Source: Nannocystales bacterium (lineage in GTDB: Bacteria; Myxococcota_A; Polyangia; Nannocystales; Nannocystaceae). Taken from it: a stretch of 64,000 nt of DNA. The notes below the pieces were generated by a model. It saw only the letters and a program-made list of their open reading frames with translations, was not told the DNA's origin and ran no database searches. Shown in pieces: positions 9,701 to 18,282 of this stretch; within the stretch, counting starts at the first letter, position 1, and every line of letters begins with the position of its first letter. The position numbers were made by a program, and so were the translations under genes. Location of the stretch: positions 224,001 through 288,000 of the forward strand of contig JBOEGF010000013.1 in assembly GCA_050633305.1 (NCBI GenBank). The letters run 5' to 3'.

Positions 9701-10447
9701 AAACGTCCCGTACGCAAGAGCGGCAAGGGCCAGTGTAGTGACCACGACAACGAGCTTCTTCATGATGATTGTCTTTCCAAGAGCGCCGAACCAGGGGGAG
9801 AGCTTCGAGGACCCGGCACCGGCTCCTGTGGCGATGGGACTCAGTGGAAGAGCGGCCGCCACACGACGGGCAAACGCGGGGGACGGTGCGGTCCGGGAGA
9901 GCTCCCGCTCCAGGGCGCGCTCAACCTTGTCTCGGAGCAGTCGGCGGCCCCGGGACAGACGTTGCTCTGTGGCCGACCGGCTGATCCCAAGTCGCTGGGC
10001 GACATGGTCGGTCGAGCGACCCTCGCGGTAGTACAGGACCAAGACCTCCCGGTATCGGGATGGCAAGGTCTCGAGCAACCTCCAGACCTCCTGTCGCGAC
10101 TCTTTCTCCAGCACCGTCTCCTCCATGCCCATCTCCTCGTCCCCGATCGATTCCATGTCTGCTAGGGGCACATCGACGACGGCACGCCTGCTTTTGCGAG
10201 CCAGATTCCGCGCGATTCCTGCGAGCCATCCGCCAACCCGCTCGGGCGCGGCGATTCCAGGCAGCTTCTTCCACGCGATGAGAAACGTCTCCTGCGCGAG
10301 GTCTTCACTGACATCCCGCCGACCGGTGGCGGCATAGGTCACCGCACAAACGGCGCCCTGATAACGCCGAACCAACTCCGTAAACGCTGCGGGTTGGCCC
10401 TCGGAACTCGCTTCGCAGAGCTCCGCGTCTGTCTTGGCCGCGAACAC
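6767..10447 (-). CDS. ECF sigma factor fused via a TM helix to tandem carboxypeptidase-regulatory-like beta repeats and a C-terminal PDZ domain
   Basis: sigma2 (LVRRYQ..EDLAQETFL.AW) and sigma4 (LP..YREVLVLYY..G..T..VA..LGIS); MKKLVVVVTTLALAAL TM; repeated SG.V...G.P..GA.V...D..G.F....L..G.Y; GPAAEQGLRAGQRVLAVDG PDZ; AGGAGG RBS before GTG at 10447. Confidence 0.9.
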   Translation of the reverse strand: MFAAKTDAELCEASSEGQPAAFTELVRRYQGAVCAVTYAATGRRDVSEDLAQETFLIAWKKLPGIAAPERVGGWLAGIARNLARKSRRAVVDVPLADMESIGDEEMGMEETVLEKESRQEVWRLLETLPSRYREVLVLYYREGRSTDHVAQRLGISRSATEQRLSRGRRLLRDKVERALERELSRTAPSPAFARRVAAALPLSPIATGAGAGSSKLSPWFGALGKTIIMKKLVVVVTTLALAALAYGTFARGGAEADSSSGLLPADDGSPAVPHRGTTASSAVARLGGVRGVALESSTKEPLLGAVVTITTPSGGAAFASERGRSALAIVPVDGDGTFTVEGLSPGRYLAAASAPGHYSPQRASFLVRTGETTPDVTVLLARGGSSVSGVVADIGGGPIEGAVVRAEGGGRTFAAMSDAEGRFALRVPKGGYGLLAWDEDYERTEQHIIVRGSAQTIDFQLLPASSISGRIVGQDGRTPVSGAVVSFAEEVRRGKSRSSRSARKEERVVSGPDGRFTLRGLSSARYRLFASADHLATGVPTEVTLGIAEHFDGLVVALDPAFNVHGRVVDRAQTSVGIAGASVKVSGRGGPSTVTADDGTFVLLGVSPGEHPLMIDGHGFIPSTFETRVEVEAADVEGVEVAVERGAVVSGRIEPPQAADVRVRLRKEQGGLEVMLKGNMISHAHVRSDAEGLFSISSVPVGDWKLSAEGTDGSLGEADISVSDSGIDGFELRMEPRPVIRGRVDAGDVSAAGLTLRLTEDQGSSEAIATRLARGNVQKAVTDASGRFEVVGVNPGTYRLAVEDRHGGLWVRTGEPEDDPGLALDVSDEDIDDVELHVSAPQGSIEGVVKGVDGPLEDAWVTLWSENRSTPLRSTPRTVTDAEGHFSFAGLADGVYTVAADTERGNARGEATGVSVGDDVELEVEELGRIAGTVSLDGEPLPRFELTIGGMRRRFLSDEGRFEVSGLPNGQAVLVVNAQEGCATVLVDVQASMDGIEVALGEWGTVTGRAVTPEGDPAANVSMSWSMRGGERGRNARLNRQLAGETTNTNADGRFRIEGLGEGRGRIRFGGAGLLASGTVRAESVVFVESGAEVDLGDVVIRGGAPIPEDERGSLGMRVVAGFEPPPADGGKPMAVGAPERPLELWISMVEASGPAAEQGLRAGQRVLAVDGETTEEAGASALAVSLSSTWVQAGQSYTVVVETDDGDKTVQLAARPVTRRRKTGR

Positions 10448-10579
10448 TTCAACCTCCTCTCCCGTTTGGGGACCCCACCCTGACAAAAACTTTCGACGCG
10501 CGTAACACGCAGCGAGATCCGTGGCCGCGGCTATCCATGCTCGCGATGGCGCACCGGTCGACGTAGCCTCTGGGAAGCC

Positions 10580-11077
10580 ATGATCCGCGCACCGTTCGAC
10601 CCTGTGGTGAACATCGACGACGCAGCCGTAGAGGGGAGCGGAGAGGCGCCGTGGGGCGCCCGATGGAAAGTCCTCACCCCCCACATGCGCAACGCCGGCG
10701 GCACCCTCGGGGTCGTCGAGAACACACTCGGGCCCGGCATGGTCGGGTGCCCGTTCCATTGGCACCTCCGGGAGGACGAGGTCTTTGTGGTGACCTCGGG
10801 CCGCGGCACCTTGCGCTACGGGGAAGAAACGCGGGAGCTCCGGGCGGGAGACTGCATTTCGTGTCCTGCGGGCACACGCGTCGCCCACCAGATCGCGAAC
10901 CCGTTCGACGAAGACCTCGTCTACCTCGCGATCGGACACCGCGATCCGAACGAGGTCTGCGGCTACCCGGATACAGGCAAGGTCATGGTGCGCGCACTTC
11001 AGACCGTGGGTCGCCTCGCGGCCGCGGACTACATGGACGGCGAGCCCAGTCCCCCGACGATCTTGTCCGAGGGCTGA
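10580..11077 (+). CDS. Cupin domain protein
   Basis: PFHWHLREDEVFVVTSG and GDCISCPAG..AHQI.N cupin motifs; YPDTGK. Confidence 0.9.
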   Translation: MIRAPFDPVVNIDDAAVEGSGEAPWGARWKVLTPHMRNAGGTLGVVENTLGPGMVGCPFHWHLREDEVFVVTSGRGTLRYGEETRELRAGDCISCPAGTRVAHQIANPFDEDLVYLAIGHRDPNEVCGYPDTGKVMVRALQTVGRLAAADYMDGEPSPPTILSEG

Positions 11078-11126
11078 GATGGCGTAGCGACGTGGTCCAG
11101 CTGTTCGTTGCTCGTAGCCGCTCCTT

Positions 11127-11729
11127 CTATCGCTGCCAACGTGCCGCCGCGGTCGCAGCTCGTGCCAGCTGCATCTCCGAGAAACGGGCTTGGGGGTCGC
11201 GATCACAGCTGCACATCAGATTCTTGGCCGCACGCTCGTGCTCCAAGCCAAACGCATGACCGATCTCGTGGGAGAGGGTCGTCCGGCTGGCCGCGTTGCT
11301 CAGCACGATGACACGTTGACGAGGCAACCAACTCCCACGGGTGGTCGCGCGTCTACGGGGTCGTCGCAGTGGCCCTGCGACGGCGATGTGAACGCCATCA
11401 CGGGTGCCCAACGCCGACAGTCCTTGCCGCCCACGTCGCGTGCGAGCGTCGATGGACGCCGCGGGTACATAGTGCACCGACGCGACCTCGAACGAGAACC
11501 CGGCGGGAGCGAAGTCGGTTGCAGCCTGCCCGACCCACTCGCCCAACACCTCGGGCGTGACGACAGGACCACGCCGGTTCACGCCAACGTACAGGTGAAG
11601 GGGAACCTCGACGTGGTTTGCCATCGGCCCCACGCTCGTCGCCGAGAGAGGCCGGGCGCTGCAGGCTCCCAGGACCGTCATGAACACGAGAAGCGGCAGG
11701 CGCACGAAGGGACAGGGAGCAAACATCAT
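11127..11729 (-). CDS. Lipoprotein zinc metalloprotease (metzincin, matrixin-like)
   Basis: LGAC lipobox; HEIGHAFGLEH zinc motif, NLM Met-turn. Confidence 0.85.
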   Translation of the reverse strand: MMFAPCPFVRLPLLVFMTVLGACSARPLSATSVGPMANHVEVPLHLYVGVNRRGPVVTPEVLGEWVGQAATDFAPAGFSFEVASVHYVPAASIDARTRRGRQGLSALGTRDGVHIAVAGPLRRPRRRATTRGSWLPRQRVIVLSNAASRTTLSHEIGHAFGLEHERAAKNLMCSCDRDPQARFSEMQLARAATAAARWQR

Positions 11730-11901
11730 GCCACCGGCTTGCCCGTGTACATCTGCACCGGACTCGGGGCTCTTCGCCCCGCGGGGGCAGTCGCAGCGCC
11801 CAAGTCACCACGTCCTGCCTGCCCACGAGTTCTTGTTCTCGCAGTTCTTGCCGGACGGCGAGCGCCGGTCGCCCGTCACCGCGGTGCTACCTTCCTGCGC
11901 G

Positions 11902-12600
11902 ATGGATTGTCGTTGGGTTGTGGCGGCCGCGGGAATGCTGCTCGGATGCGGGCCAGTCGTCGGGCAGGAAAACGGCTCAGGGTCGGGCACTTCGGGCGGC
12001 GTCTCGTCGACCGATACAAGCACGGGCGGAGTCGACACCGAGGGCCCGCTGTGCCCCGAACTTCTCGACGGACCGGTCCCGAACCTGCTCATCCCGATCG
12101 AGATCACGAACACTTTGGCCACGGCCGTGTACGTCGGCTACGAGAGTGACTGCTTGACCGATCTATTCCGGCTCACCCGTGCTGATGGCTCGGTCGTGAA
12201 CTGGCAAGGCCGCGCATGCACCCCGAGCTGCGAGGGAGTGATGGCCGACGAATGCTCCAACTGCGGCGCATGCCCCGAAGCATCAGTGCTCCGCATCGGC
12301 CCCGGGGCGACGCACACCTACGACTGGACGCCCCGCGAATACGAGTACCTCGACTTCCCCGCCGAGTGTGCCGATCCCCCATGCTCATCCGTGTGCGACC
12401 GCCGGCACGAACTCGAGGCCGGCGAGTACACCTTCGACCTCGTCGCTTCCACCAGCTGTGACGGAGACGGAATGACCTGCGACTGCGGAGATGGCCAGGA
12501 CGCCTGCGAGGTGTATCCGTGGAGTTGGCCCGAACCCACGCTATCCGCATCCGCTCAGGTCAGCGTCCCCGCAGGGGCGATCAGCTTCACAATCGAGTGA
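11902..12600 (+). CDS. Cys-rich lipoprotein
   Basis: MDCRWVVAAAGMLLGC lipobox, S/T linker, multiple Cys pairs. Confidence 0.8.
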   Translation: MDCRWVVAAAGMLLGCGPVVGQENGSGSGTSGGVSSTDTSTGGVDTEGPLCPELLDGPVPNLLIPIEITNTLATAVYVGYESDCLTDLFRLTRADGSVVNWQGRACTPSCEGVMADECSNCGACPEASVLRIGPGATHTYDWTPREYEYLDFPAECADPPCSSVCDRRHELEAGEYTFDLVASTSCDGDGMTCDCGDGQDACEVYPWSWPEPTLSASAQVSVPAGAISFTIE

Positions 12601-12694
12601 CGCTGTGCACGGCTGAGCATCGTAGCTCGAGCGACCCGAGTCGGCAGCGCGCTTCCATGCGTGCAGGAGTTCCGGCTCCGTAGAACGCGCAACG

Positions 12695-12725
12695 GAAAAG
12701 CCCCGGTCCAATCGAACCGGGGCTT
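12695..12725 (-). terminator. Hairpin terminator between convergent genes
   Basis: AAGCCCCGGT-N8-ACCGGGGCTT inverted repeat; short U tract on the minus strand. Confidence 0.6.
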
Positions 12726-12762
12726 CATCTTCGCCGGCATCACGCCAGCGGAACACGCTCGT

Positions 12763-13731
12763 TTAGAGGGGGCGGAGCATCTTGCAGTTCGCGTCTTCGA
12801 GCTCCGATTCATGCAGGCGGGACGGGAACCGCATGACGTACCGGAAGTCGAGGTCCATCGACCCATCGGGCAGCGGCCGCATCTCCCCGAGACCACGTAC
12901 GAGTCCTTCGCCGAAGATGTCGCTTTCAAGCGCGCACGTGATCCCGACGAAGCTCGCACCATCGGAGGCTGACGCCGCTCCAGCGAACGGGTTGACGGTC
13001 GCGGGCGTGAGCGCTCGGTAGTGGATCGTGTCCAACAGACGATCTTTGTGGTCGAACATGCGGTAGTCGCCGAACACCAGGATGTCGCCTGCCCGCAGGG
13101 TCTGGCCCCCGGCACCACCGAACTCGCCATGGGCGGTGAAGTCGGAGAGGATGAAGACGAAGTAGCCGTCATCGCGGAACGCGACGTTGGTCAGAGGCAT
13201 CTTGTTTCGCCATTGCGGGATGTCCTGGGCATCCACGCCGTAGACTTGATGCGTGCTCGTGTCGCCAATGCCCGTCTTGATCGGTTGAACCTGAACCTGC
13301 CCACCGAGGCCATCGCTGGCGAACTGGTTGGCGGGGTCCGTGGGATCGAACTCGATGCCATATTGCTCATCAAAGAACGCATAGGCGTCGGTGCGGTACT
13401 GCAAAGTGTTCCGCTCGACGTCCATCGGCAGGAAGGGGCCCTCTCCGGGAGCTGCAACCTCATCGATCATGTAGACGATCGTCGTGTCGTAGACGCCATG
13501 CTCGGGATAGCGATCGATGCCCTTTTGACATTTGTTGTTGCCGTGGTTTCCCGCCTGAGTTTGCGTCTCGGCTGCAAAGTCAGCGGATTCCGGCTCGAAG
13601 TCCGGTGTTGTCGCTTCATCCTGAGCTTCCAACTGCTCCGCATCCCCGGGTCCCTCCGCTTGGTCACAGCCACCGGCCAGGAGGCCGACAAAGAAGAAAG
13701 CAGGAATGCGGGTTTTCGATTTGCTATTCAT
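12763..13731 (-). CDS. Lipoprotein of unknown function (beta-rich domain)
   Basis: MNSKSKTRIPAFFFVGLLAGGC lipobox; globular domain with AFFDEQYGIEF and HGEFGG motifs. Confidence 0.8.
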   Translation of the reverse strand: MNSKSKTRIPAFFFVGLLAGGCDQAEGPGDAEQLEAQDEATTPDFEPESADFAAETQTQAGNHGNNKCQKGIDRYPEHGVYDTTIVYMIDEVAAPGEGPFLPMDVERNTLQYRTDAYAFFDEQYGIEFDPTDPANQFASDGLGGQVQVQPIKTGIGDTSTHQVYGVDAQDIPQWRNKMPLTNVAFRDDGYFVFILSDFTAHGEFGGAGGQTLRAGDILVFGDYRMFDHKDRLLDTIHYRALTPATVNPFAGAASASDGASFVGITCALESDIFGEGLVRGLGEMRPLPDGSMDLDFRYVMRFPSRLHESELEDANCKMLRPL

Positions 13732-13950
13732 CGGAGAGTGATCTTTCGGAGTTCCATTGCACCAGGAACTCGGGAAACGGACAGTGGGACGAGCAAGAGT
13801 CCTATGCTCGACACCACCACCGTAATCCAAGCTGCAACAAATTCAAGATCCAAAATCCCATTTTGGAACAGTCCCCGCGGCCGGTGGCGGATTCGAGCAA
13901 TGCGCCACTGCGGCACGATCTAGACAAGTTACGGCCGCTGGGCTAGTCGT

Positions 13951-14409
13951 TTGTCGGTAGCTCTTGAGGTTTGTCTGGCTTCCTCGTCCCACCGCATCAC
14001 GCTCAACGGGTCACTCGCGACAGTCGCCCTCGCCGGCAGGCTGGTCGAGGAGGATGCGACCGCTTTCGGTCGCCAAGTATGGGAGCTCTTGGCCGAGGCC
14101 GACCCCTCGGTCTGTGTGCTCTTTGACCTCACCAAACTTGAGAGTTGTCAGCTTCTCGCTCGGCCCGCACTCATCGAGCTTCAACGCCGCATCAAGGCCG
14201 GAAAACGCAGAACTGCCTGGTTTGCCACTCGCCCGCGCTTCCGTGGGTTGGCGCTGCTGGTCTGCCACGAGGCAAACGACACCCGAGCATCGGTCGTCAC
14301 AACACTTGAGCAAGCGCAGGAATGGTTTGCTGGCAAAGGTCTCCGTGAAGACGCTGCCAAGCGAGTCGCGCGTCGGTTGGCCGAGATCAAGGCAGGAGGC
14401 TCCTCATGA
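13951..14409 (+). CDS. STAS/SEC14-like small alpha/beta protein (start uncertain)
   Basis: VLFDLTKLE...AR.AL...RTAW...LEQAQEW pattern; 4-bp overlap with the next gene. Confidence 0.65.
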   Translation: MSVALEVCLASSSHRITLNGSLATVALAGRLVEEDATAFGRQVWELLAEADPSVCVLFDLTKLESCQLLARPALIELQRRIKAGKRRTAWFATRPRFRGLALLVCHEANDTRASVVTTLEQAQEWFAGKGLREDAAKRVARRLAEIKAGGSS

Positions 14410-15044
14410 AGACCAAGCTGTCAGTCGGTCAGCGGCTCTTCCTCGCGGCGTACAACCCAATGTTCGCGACGCTATTCGGATGGCATCAAGACGCCATCAA
14501 CGAAGAGTACGTCCGAACCTACGGCGTCTCTGGGTTGCTGAAGTTCGGCAAGATGATCGGCGACGTCCTCGCCGTGCTCGGCAAGCGCTACGGAGAAGCC
14601 GAGGCGAACCACATCGTCGGGTTTGCGGGACTGCTCAACGGTTGTGGATTCTGCGGAGTCGGTCACAACCTCACGGCCAACGTGTTGATGTTCCAGAGCG
14701 ACGGAAGCATCTTTCCGATCGACGAACAGGACATCCCGCGGCTGCAGCTTCTCGAGGACACCGAGCTCATGTCCGAGGTCGAGTCGCAGCTCGCCGGAAC
14801 GCCCTACGAAAAGGAGCTGGAGCTCCTTCAGCGGATGTACGCGCTGCGCTGTGGGACCGCCGAAGGCACGACAGACGAGGATACGTACCTCTTGCTCGCG
14901 CTGGATATGTGGCTCGTGAACAACGAGTGCACGATCACGATCGGGCTCGACATCAAGCCCGAAGAGGTTCCGATCTTCGCGAAGTTCTCTCGTGATAGCG
15001 ACCTCTACGCCCGCTACCGCGAAGCCCGAGGCCAGGGCAAGTAG
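14406..15044 (+). CDS. AhpD/carboxymuconolactone decarboxylase-like protein with CxxC
   Basis: LNGCGFCGVGH matches the AhpD-like N.C..C...H motif; GGAGG RBS. Confidence 0.65.
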   Translation: MKTKLSVGQRLFLAAYNPMFATLFGWHQDAINEEYVRTYGVSGLLKFGKMIGDVLAVLGKRYGEAEANHIVGFAGLLNGCGFCGVGHNLTANVLMFQSDGSIFPIDEQDIPRLQLLEDTELMSEVESQLAGTPYEKELELLQRMYALRCGTAEGTTDEDTYLLLALDMWLVNNECTITIGLDIKPEEVPIFAKFSRDSDLYARYREARGQGK

Positions 15045-15091
15045 CCTCCGCTTGCGGGGTTGGGACTCGGTACTCGTCGAAGTCCGACGCG

Positions 15092-15295
15092 CTATTGGTC
15101 CTCCGCCTCCGCACCCGCGCCGTACGCCGTGACGCAACACGAGTCTGCGCCGTCACAGTCGTCCGCTTGGCATTGCGCTGGTCCATTGCCATCCGCGCCT
15201 CCGCTGCACCAACAGTCGACGAGACGGTTGGTACTTCCGCCCTCGCCCGCACCGGGCTCGAGCACAGGCTTCTTCTTGGTCTCGTTCTTCTTCAC
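15092..15295 (-). CDS. Small Cys-rich peptide (~67 aa; alternative ATG at 15337)
   Basis: VKKNETKKKPVLEPGAGEGGSTNRLVDCWCSGGADGNGPAQCQADDCDGADSCCVTAYGAGAEAEDQ; GC3-rich codons. Confidence 0.5.
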   Translation of the reverse strand: MKKNETKKKPVLEPGAGEGGSTNRLVDCWCSGGADGNGPAQCQADDCDGADSCCVTAYGAGAEAEDQ

Positions 15296-15387
15296 CTCTA
15301 GGGGCGAACAGGATCCGTGGGTCGCCCTCAATTCCATGAAAGGCCCAGAGCCCGTGCCGTCGTTTCTGGCTGCTTGTTTGTCCCCGG

Positions 15388-16560
15388 TCAGTTCGGTGGC
15401 GGTGGAACGCAGCGCCCTTCCCCACCGTTGATCGTCCACGCAGCGGGGTCGAAGTTGGCGTACTCGCAGGCCATGGGGTCGTGCGGGGCGGCCATGATCC
15501 AGTGGTTCAAGCACCCGAGCGAGTTGACGTCAGTGTCCGTGAACGAAGGGAACCCCACCTCGACGTACGTTCCAGCCGCGACCAAGGCCTGAATCTGTTG
15601 CCGACAGTCGTTGGATGTGGCTCCGGGGTCAAACAGGTCCGGGCAGAAGTCCAACGCAAACTCGCAGTAGTTGATCTCGTTGGGAGGCGTGTCGTTGGTA
15701 CACAGCTGAGTCGGCTCGACTCCGGCATGGCCACAGTGCAGATTGTAGGCCGACGGCTCGTCCGGCCCCTCCAGCATCGCCGCCTGCTGGTGGTGGAGTC
15801 GACACTGCACGGTCTCCCCATAGCCGAAGTGTTGCTCGACCTGGCTGATCCCCTCGAGCACGTCTGTCGCGAACCCCCCGCACGCCGCCATACATTCTTC
15901 TGCCGCATCGAGCTTGGGGTCGTCGTCGAAGTGGAGCGTTCCGCCGCCTGGGAACGACGGGTTGTCGGCCGAACAGATGTCGACTCCCTGCCGGCAATAG
16001 ACGTCACACCATGCTCCACAGGTGTTGCCGCCGGACGCACTCGCGTTGGCACAGGCCTCGGCCCGACCGGCGGGCGACCCAGCTGCTTCGGCCTCCTCGA
16101 TCCAGTGCATCCGGCAGCCCACAGTGTCGACGTCGGTGTCCTCGGAGGTTCCCGAGGGCACCTGGGAGATCGGGTGCTCGCACCAAGCCAAACACGATGC
16201 TTCGTGGTGAAACCCCTCCATGGGACAGACCTCGGCCATCTGGGAACAATAGGTCGCGCAGTCGGGGACGGCCGCACCGCCCGAGGAGGTCTCGTCACTG
16301 GAGGACGCGGTTGTGGAGGTGGAGGTGGAACCGCCTCCCGTACTCCCGGTCCCTGCGCTGCTCGAACTCGAACTCGAACTCGCACCGCCGCTCGTCGTGT
16401 CCGTGGAGGTTGGCGTTGGGCTCGTCTGGCCTGTGCTCGCCACTGCACCTGAACTCGAGCTCGAACCCGACGGGTCTCCGTCGCCGTCGTCCGCACAACC
16501 CGATGCGAGGGATAAAAAGAGCGCCGCAGCGCAGGATTGCCAGCTCGGACGGGTCAGCAT
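15388..16560 (-). CDS. Cys-rich repeat lipoprotein
   Basis: LASGC lipobox, poly-Ser linker, repeated C..YC...C and T..CR.H motifs. Confidence 0.85.
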   Translation of the reverse strand: MLTRPSWQSCAAALFLSLASGCADDGDGDPSGSSSSSGAVASTGQTSPTPTSTDTTSGGASSSSSSSSAGTGSTGGGSTSTSTTASSSDETSSGGAAVPDCATYCSQMAEVCPMEGFHHEASCLAWCEHPISQVPSGTSEDTDVDTVGCRMHWIEEAEAAGSPAGRAEACANASASGGNTCGAWCDVYCRQGVDICSADNPSFPGGGTLHFDDDPKLDAAEECMAACGGFATDVLEGISQVEQHFGYGETVQCRLHHQQAAMLEGPDEPSAYNLHCGHAGVEPTQLCTNDTPPNEINYCEFALDFCPDLFDPGATSNDCRQQIQALVAAGTYVEVGFPSFTDTDVNSLGCLNHWIMAAPHDPMACEYANFDPAAWTINGGEGRCVPPPPN

Positions 16561-16680
16561 GCTTCAGCTTCTTTGCGAGTTGCGCGCCTCCAATCCAACC
16601 CAGAATGGGCCGGCCGCCACGCATCACCCATGAAGAGTCCCGCGCACCCGAAACGGATCACGGGCTGTTAGGCTGGCCTG

Positions 16681-17664
16681 GTGCTGGGGGTGACGCTCGC
16701 GTTGGCACTCGCCGCGGCGAGCGAGCCGCTGGAGGTGACCTGGACGGCCCCAGAGGGCTGTCCCCAACGCGAAGCGGTACAGACCGCCATCGCGAGCAAC
16801 CTCGCGCGTGAGGACTTTGCAGGCGCCCTCGACACCGTCGAGGTCCGGGGCGAACTGGTTCCCGATCCGCTGGGTTGGCGTCTGAGCGTCTCGGTTCGGC
16901 TCCCGGACGGAGCCGTCGATCGGGAGCTGACCGCGGGGACTTGCGATGAACTCGCGGCTGCCGCGGGCCTCATCATCGCGGTGGCCTTGGACCCGCTACG
17001 CGTCGAACTGCTCCGAACCCCGAAGCCCGAGCCGGTTCGCGAGGGTCTTCCCGAGGCCTGGGCCAACCCACCTCCGCCCCCCGCCCCGGAGCCCGAGCCA
17101 GCGACTCCGCCCGGAGCCCCCGTGGCATCCGAACCCACGGCGGTTGTGTTCGATCTTCGCCTCGCACCGATGCTCGACCTCGGATCCCTGTTGGTTGTGC
17201 GTGGGGGCGCACAGGCGGGGTTCGGCGTGGGCGGCCAATGGTTCCGTGCCGATGCGTCGCTGCTCTATTGGGCTCCGCGGGCAATCCGCCCGTTCGACTT
17301 CGCCCCCGATGCCGGTGCAAGCCTTCAGCAGGTGGGCCTCGGCGGCCGCGCCTGTCTCAAGCCCGAGATCGGCAGCTTCGAAGCATCGTCGTGTGCGGGC
17401 CTCGAGGGCGGCATGTCGTGGTCTCGTGGCGTGGGCGTGGATCGCCCTCAGACCACTCTCCTGCCCTGGATGGCGGCCACGGCGGGGCTGGAGGTGGGGT
17501 GGATGAGCCGCGCCGCGGTGGGCCTGTTCGCGGGCATCGACGTCCAGTTCCACGTGGTCCGGCCCCGCGTCGACATCGATGGTCTCGGCGAAACACTGAG
17601 GGTGTCGCCCGTGGGTGCGCGGGGCCTCGTTGGGCTGCGGGTGCGTCTCCCGAGGCGGCGATGA
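16681..17664 (+). CDS. Secreted protein with a C-terminal beta-barrel-like region, typical of myxobacterial ECF operons
   Basis: Signal peptide, W.APEGCP and R.L....C.ELA.A motifs, Pro linker, alternating beta strands. Confidence 0.8.
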   Translation: MLGVTLALALAAASEPLEVTWTAPEGCPQREAVQTAIASNLAREDFAGALDTVEVRGELVPDPLGWRLSVSVRLPDGAVDRELTAGTCDELAAAAGLIIAVALDPLRVELLRTPKPEPVREGLPEAWANPPPPPAPEPEPATPPGAPVASEPTAVVFDLRLAPMLDLGSLLVVRGGAQAGFGVGGQWFRADASLLYWAPRAIRPFDFAPDAGASLQQVGLGGRACLKPEIGSFEASSCAGLEGGMSWSRGVGVDRPQTTLLPWMAATAGLEVGWMSRAAVGLFAGIDVQFHVVRPRVDIDGLGETLRVSPVGARGLVGLRVRLPRRR

Positions 17665-17739
17665 TTTTTTCTGACGCGACCGGGTCCCAGCGGCAATGGG
17701 GAGGTGGTGTTGTCTGCGAGTTCACGCCTGCGGAGGGAG

Positions 17740-18282
17740 ATGCCCGAGACTGATCCCACCGCGAGGACCTCCGAGACGTACGCGGAGATGTTCCGCGCTC
17801 ACTATCCGAAGGTCGTGCGCTGGCTGAGCGTGCTGGGCGTGCCGCAGGCAGCGGTGGACGATATCGCGCAGGAAGTTTTCATCATCGCCCACCGCAAGTA
17901 CGAGCAGTTGCGACCCGAAGCCTCGACCGCCGGGTGGCTGATGGGGATCGCGCGCAACGTCGCGGCGACACACAAACGTGGCGACCGCCGAGCCCGTGCC
18001 CGTGAGCAGCACGCAAGCACCCCCGTCGTCGCGGCCAACCCCGAGGCGACCGCGATGCGCAACCAAGCGGCGCGACTGCTGCAGGACTTCCTCGACACGC
18101 TCCCTGAAGAGCAGCGGTTGGTCTTCGCCATGTACGAGCTCGACGGGGCCAGTGGCAGCGAGATCGCGGAGACCCTGGGCCTGTCGAGGCACACCGTCCA
18201 CTCGAGGATTCGACTCACCCGAGAGAAGCTCGCGCGCCGTCTAACGCGACAGCAGGCAAGGAACCCAACCGATGACCGATGA
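17740..18282 (+). CDS. ECF sigma-70 factor
   Basis: VDDIAQEVF.IAH, WL.GIARNVA, LPEEQR.VF.MYELDG....EIA..LG....TV.SR. Confidence 0.93.
   Translation: MPETDPTARTSETYAEMFRAHYPKVVRWLSVLGVPQAAVDDIAQEVFIIAHRKYEQLRPEASTAGWLMGIARNVAATHKRGDRRARAREQHASTPVVAANPEATAMRNQAARLLQDFLDTLPEEQRLVFAMYELDGASGSEIAETLGLSRHTVHSRIRLTREKLARRLTRQQARNPTDDR

Noticed and set aside
16310..16470. GAACTC tandem repeats (also near 37070) and a short tandem duplication at about 18424-18465
   Set aside because: They encode poly-Ser or Ala/Gly/Thr linkers within CDS
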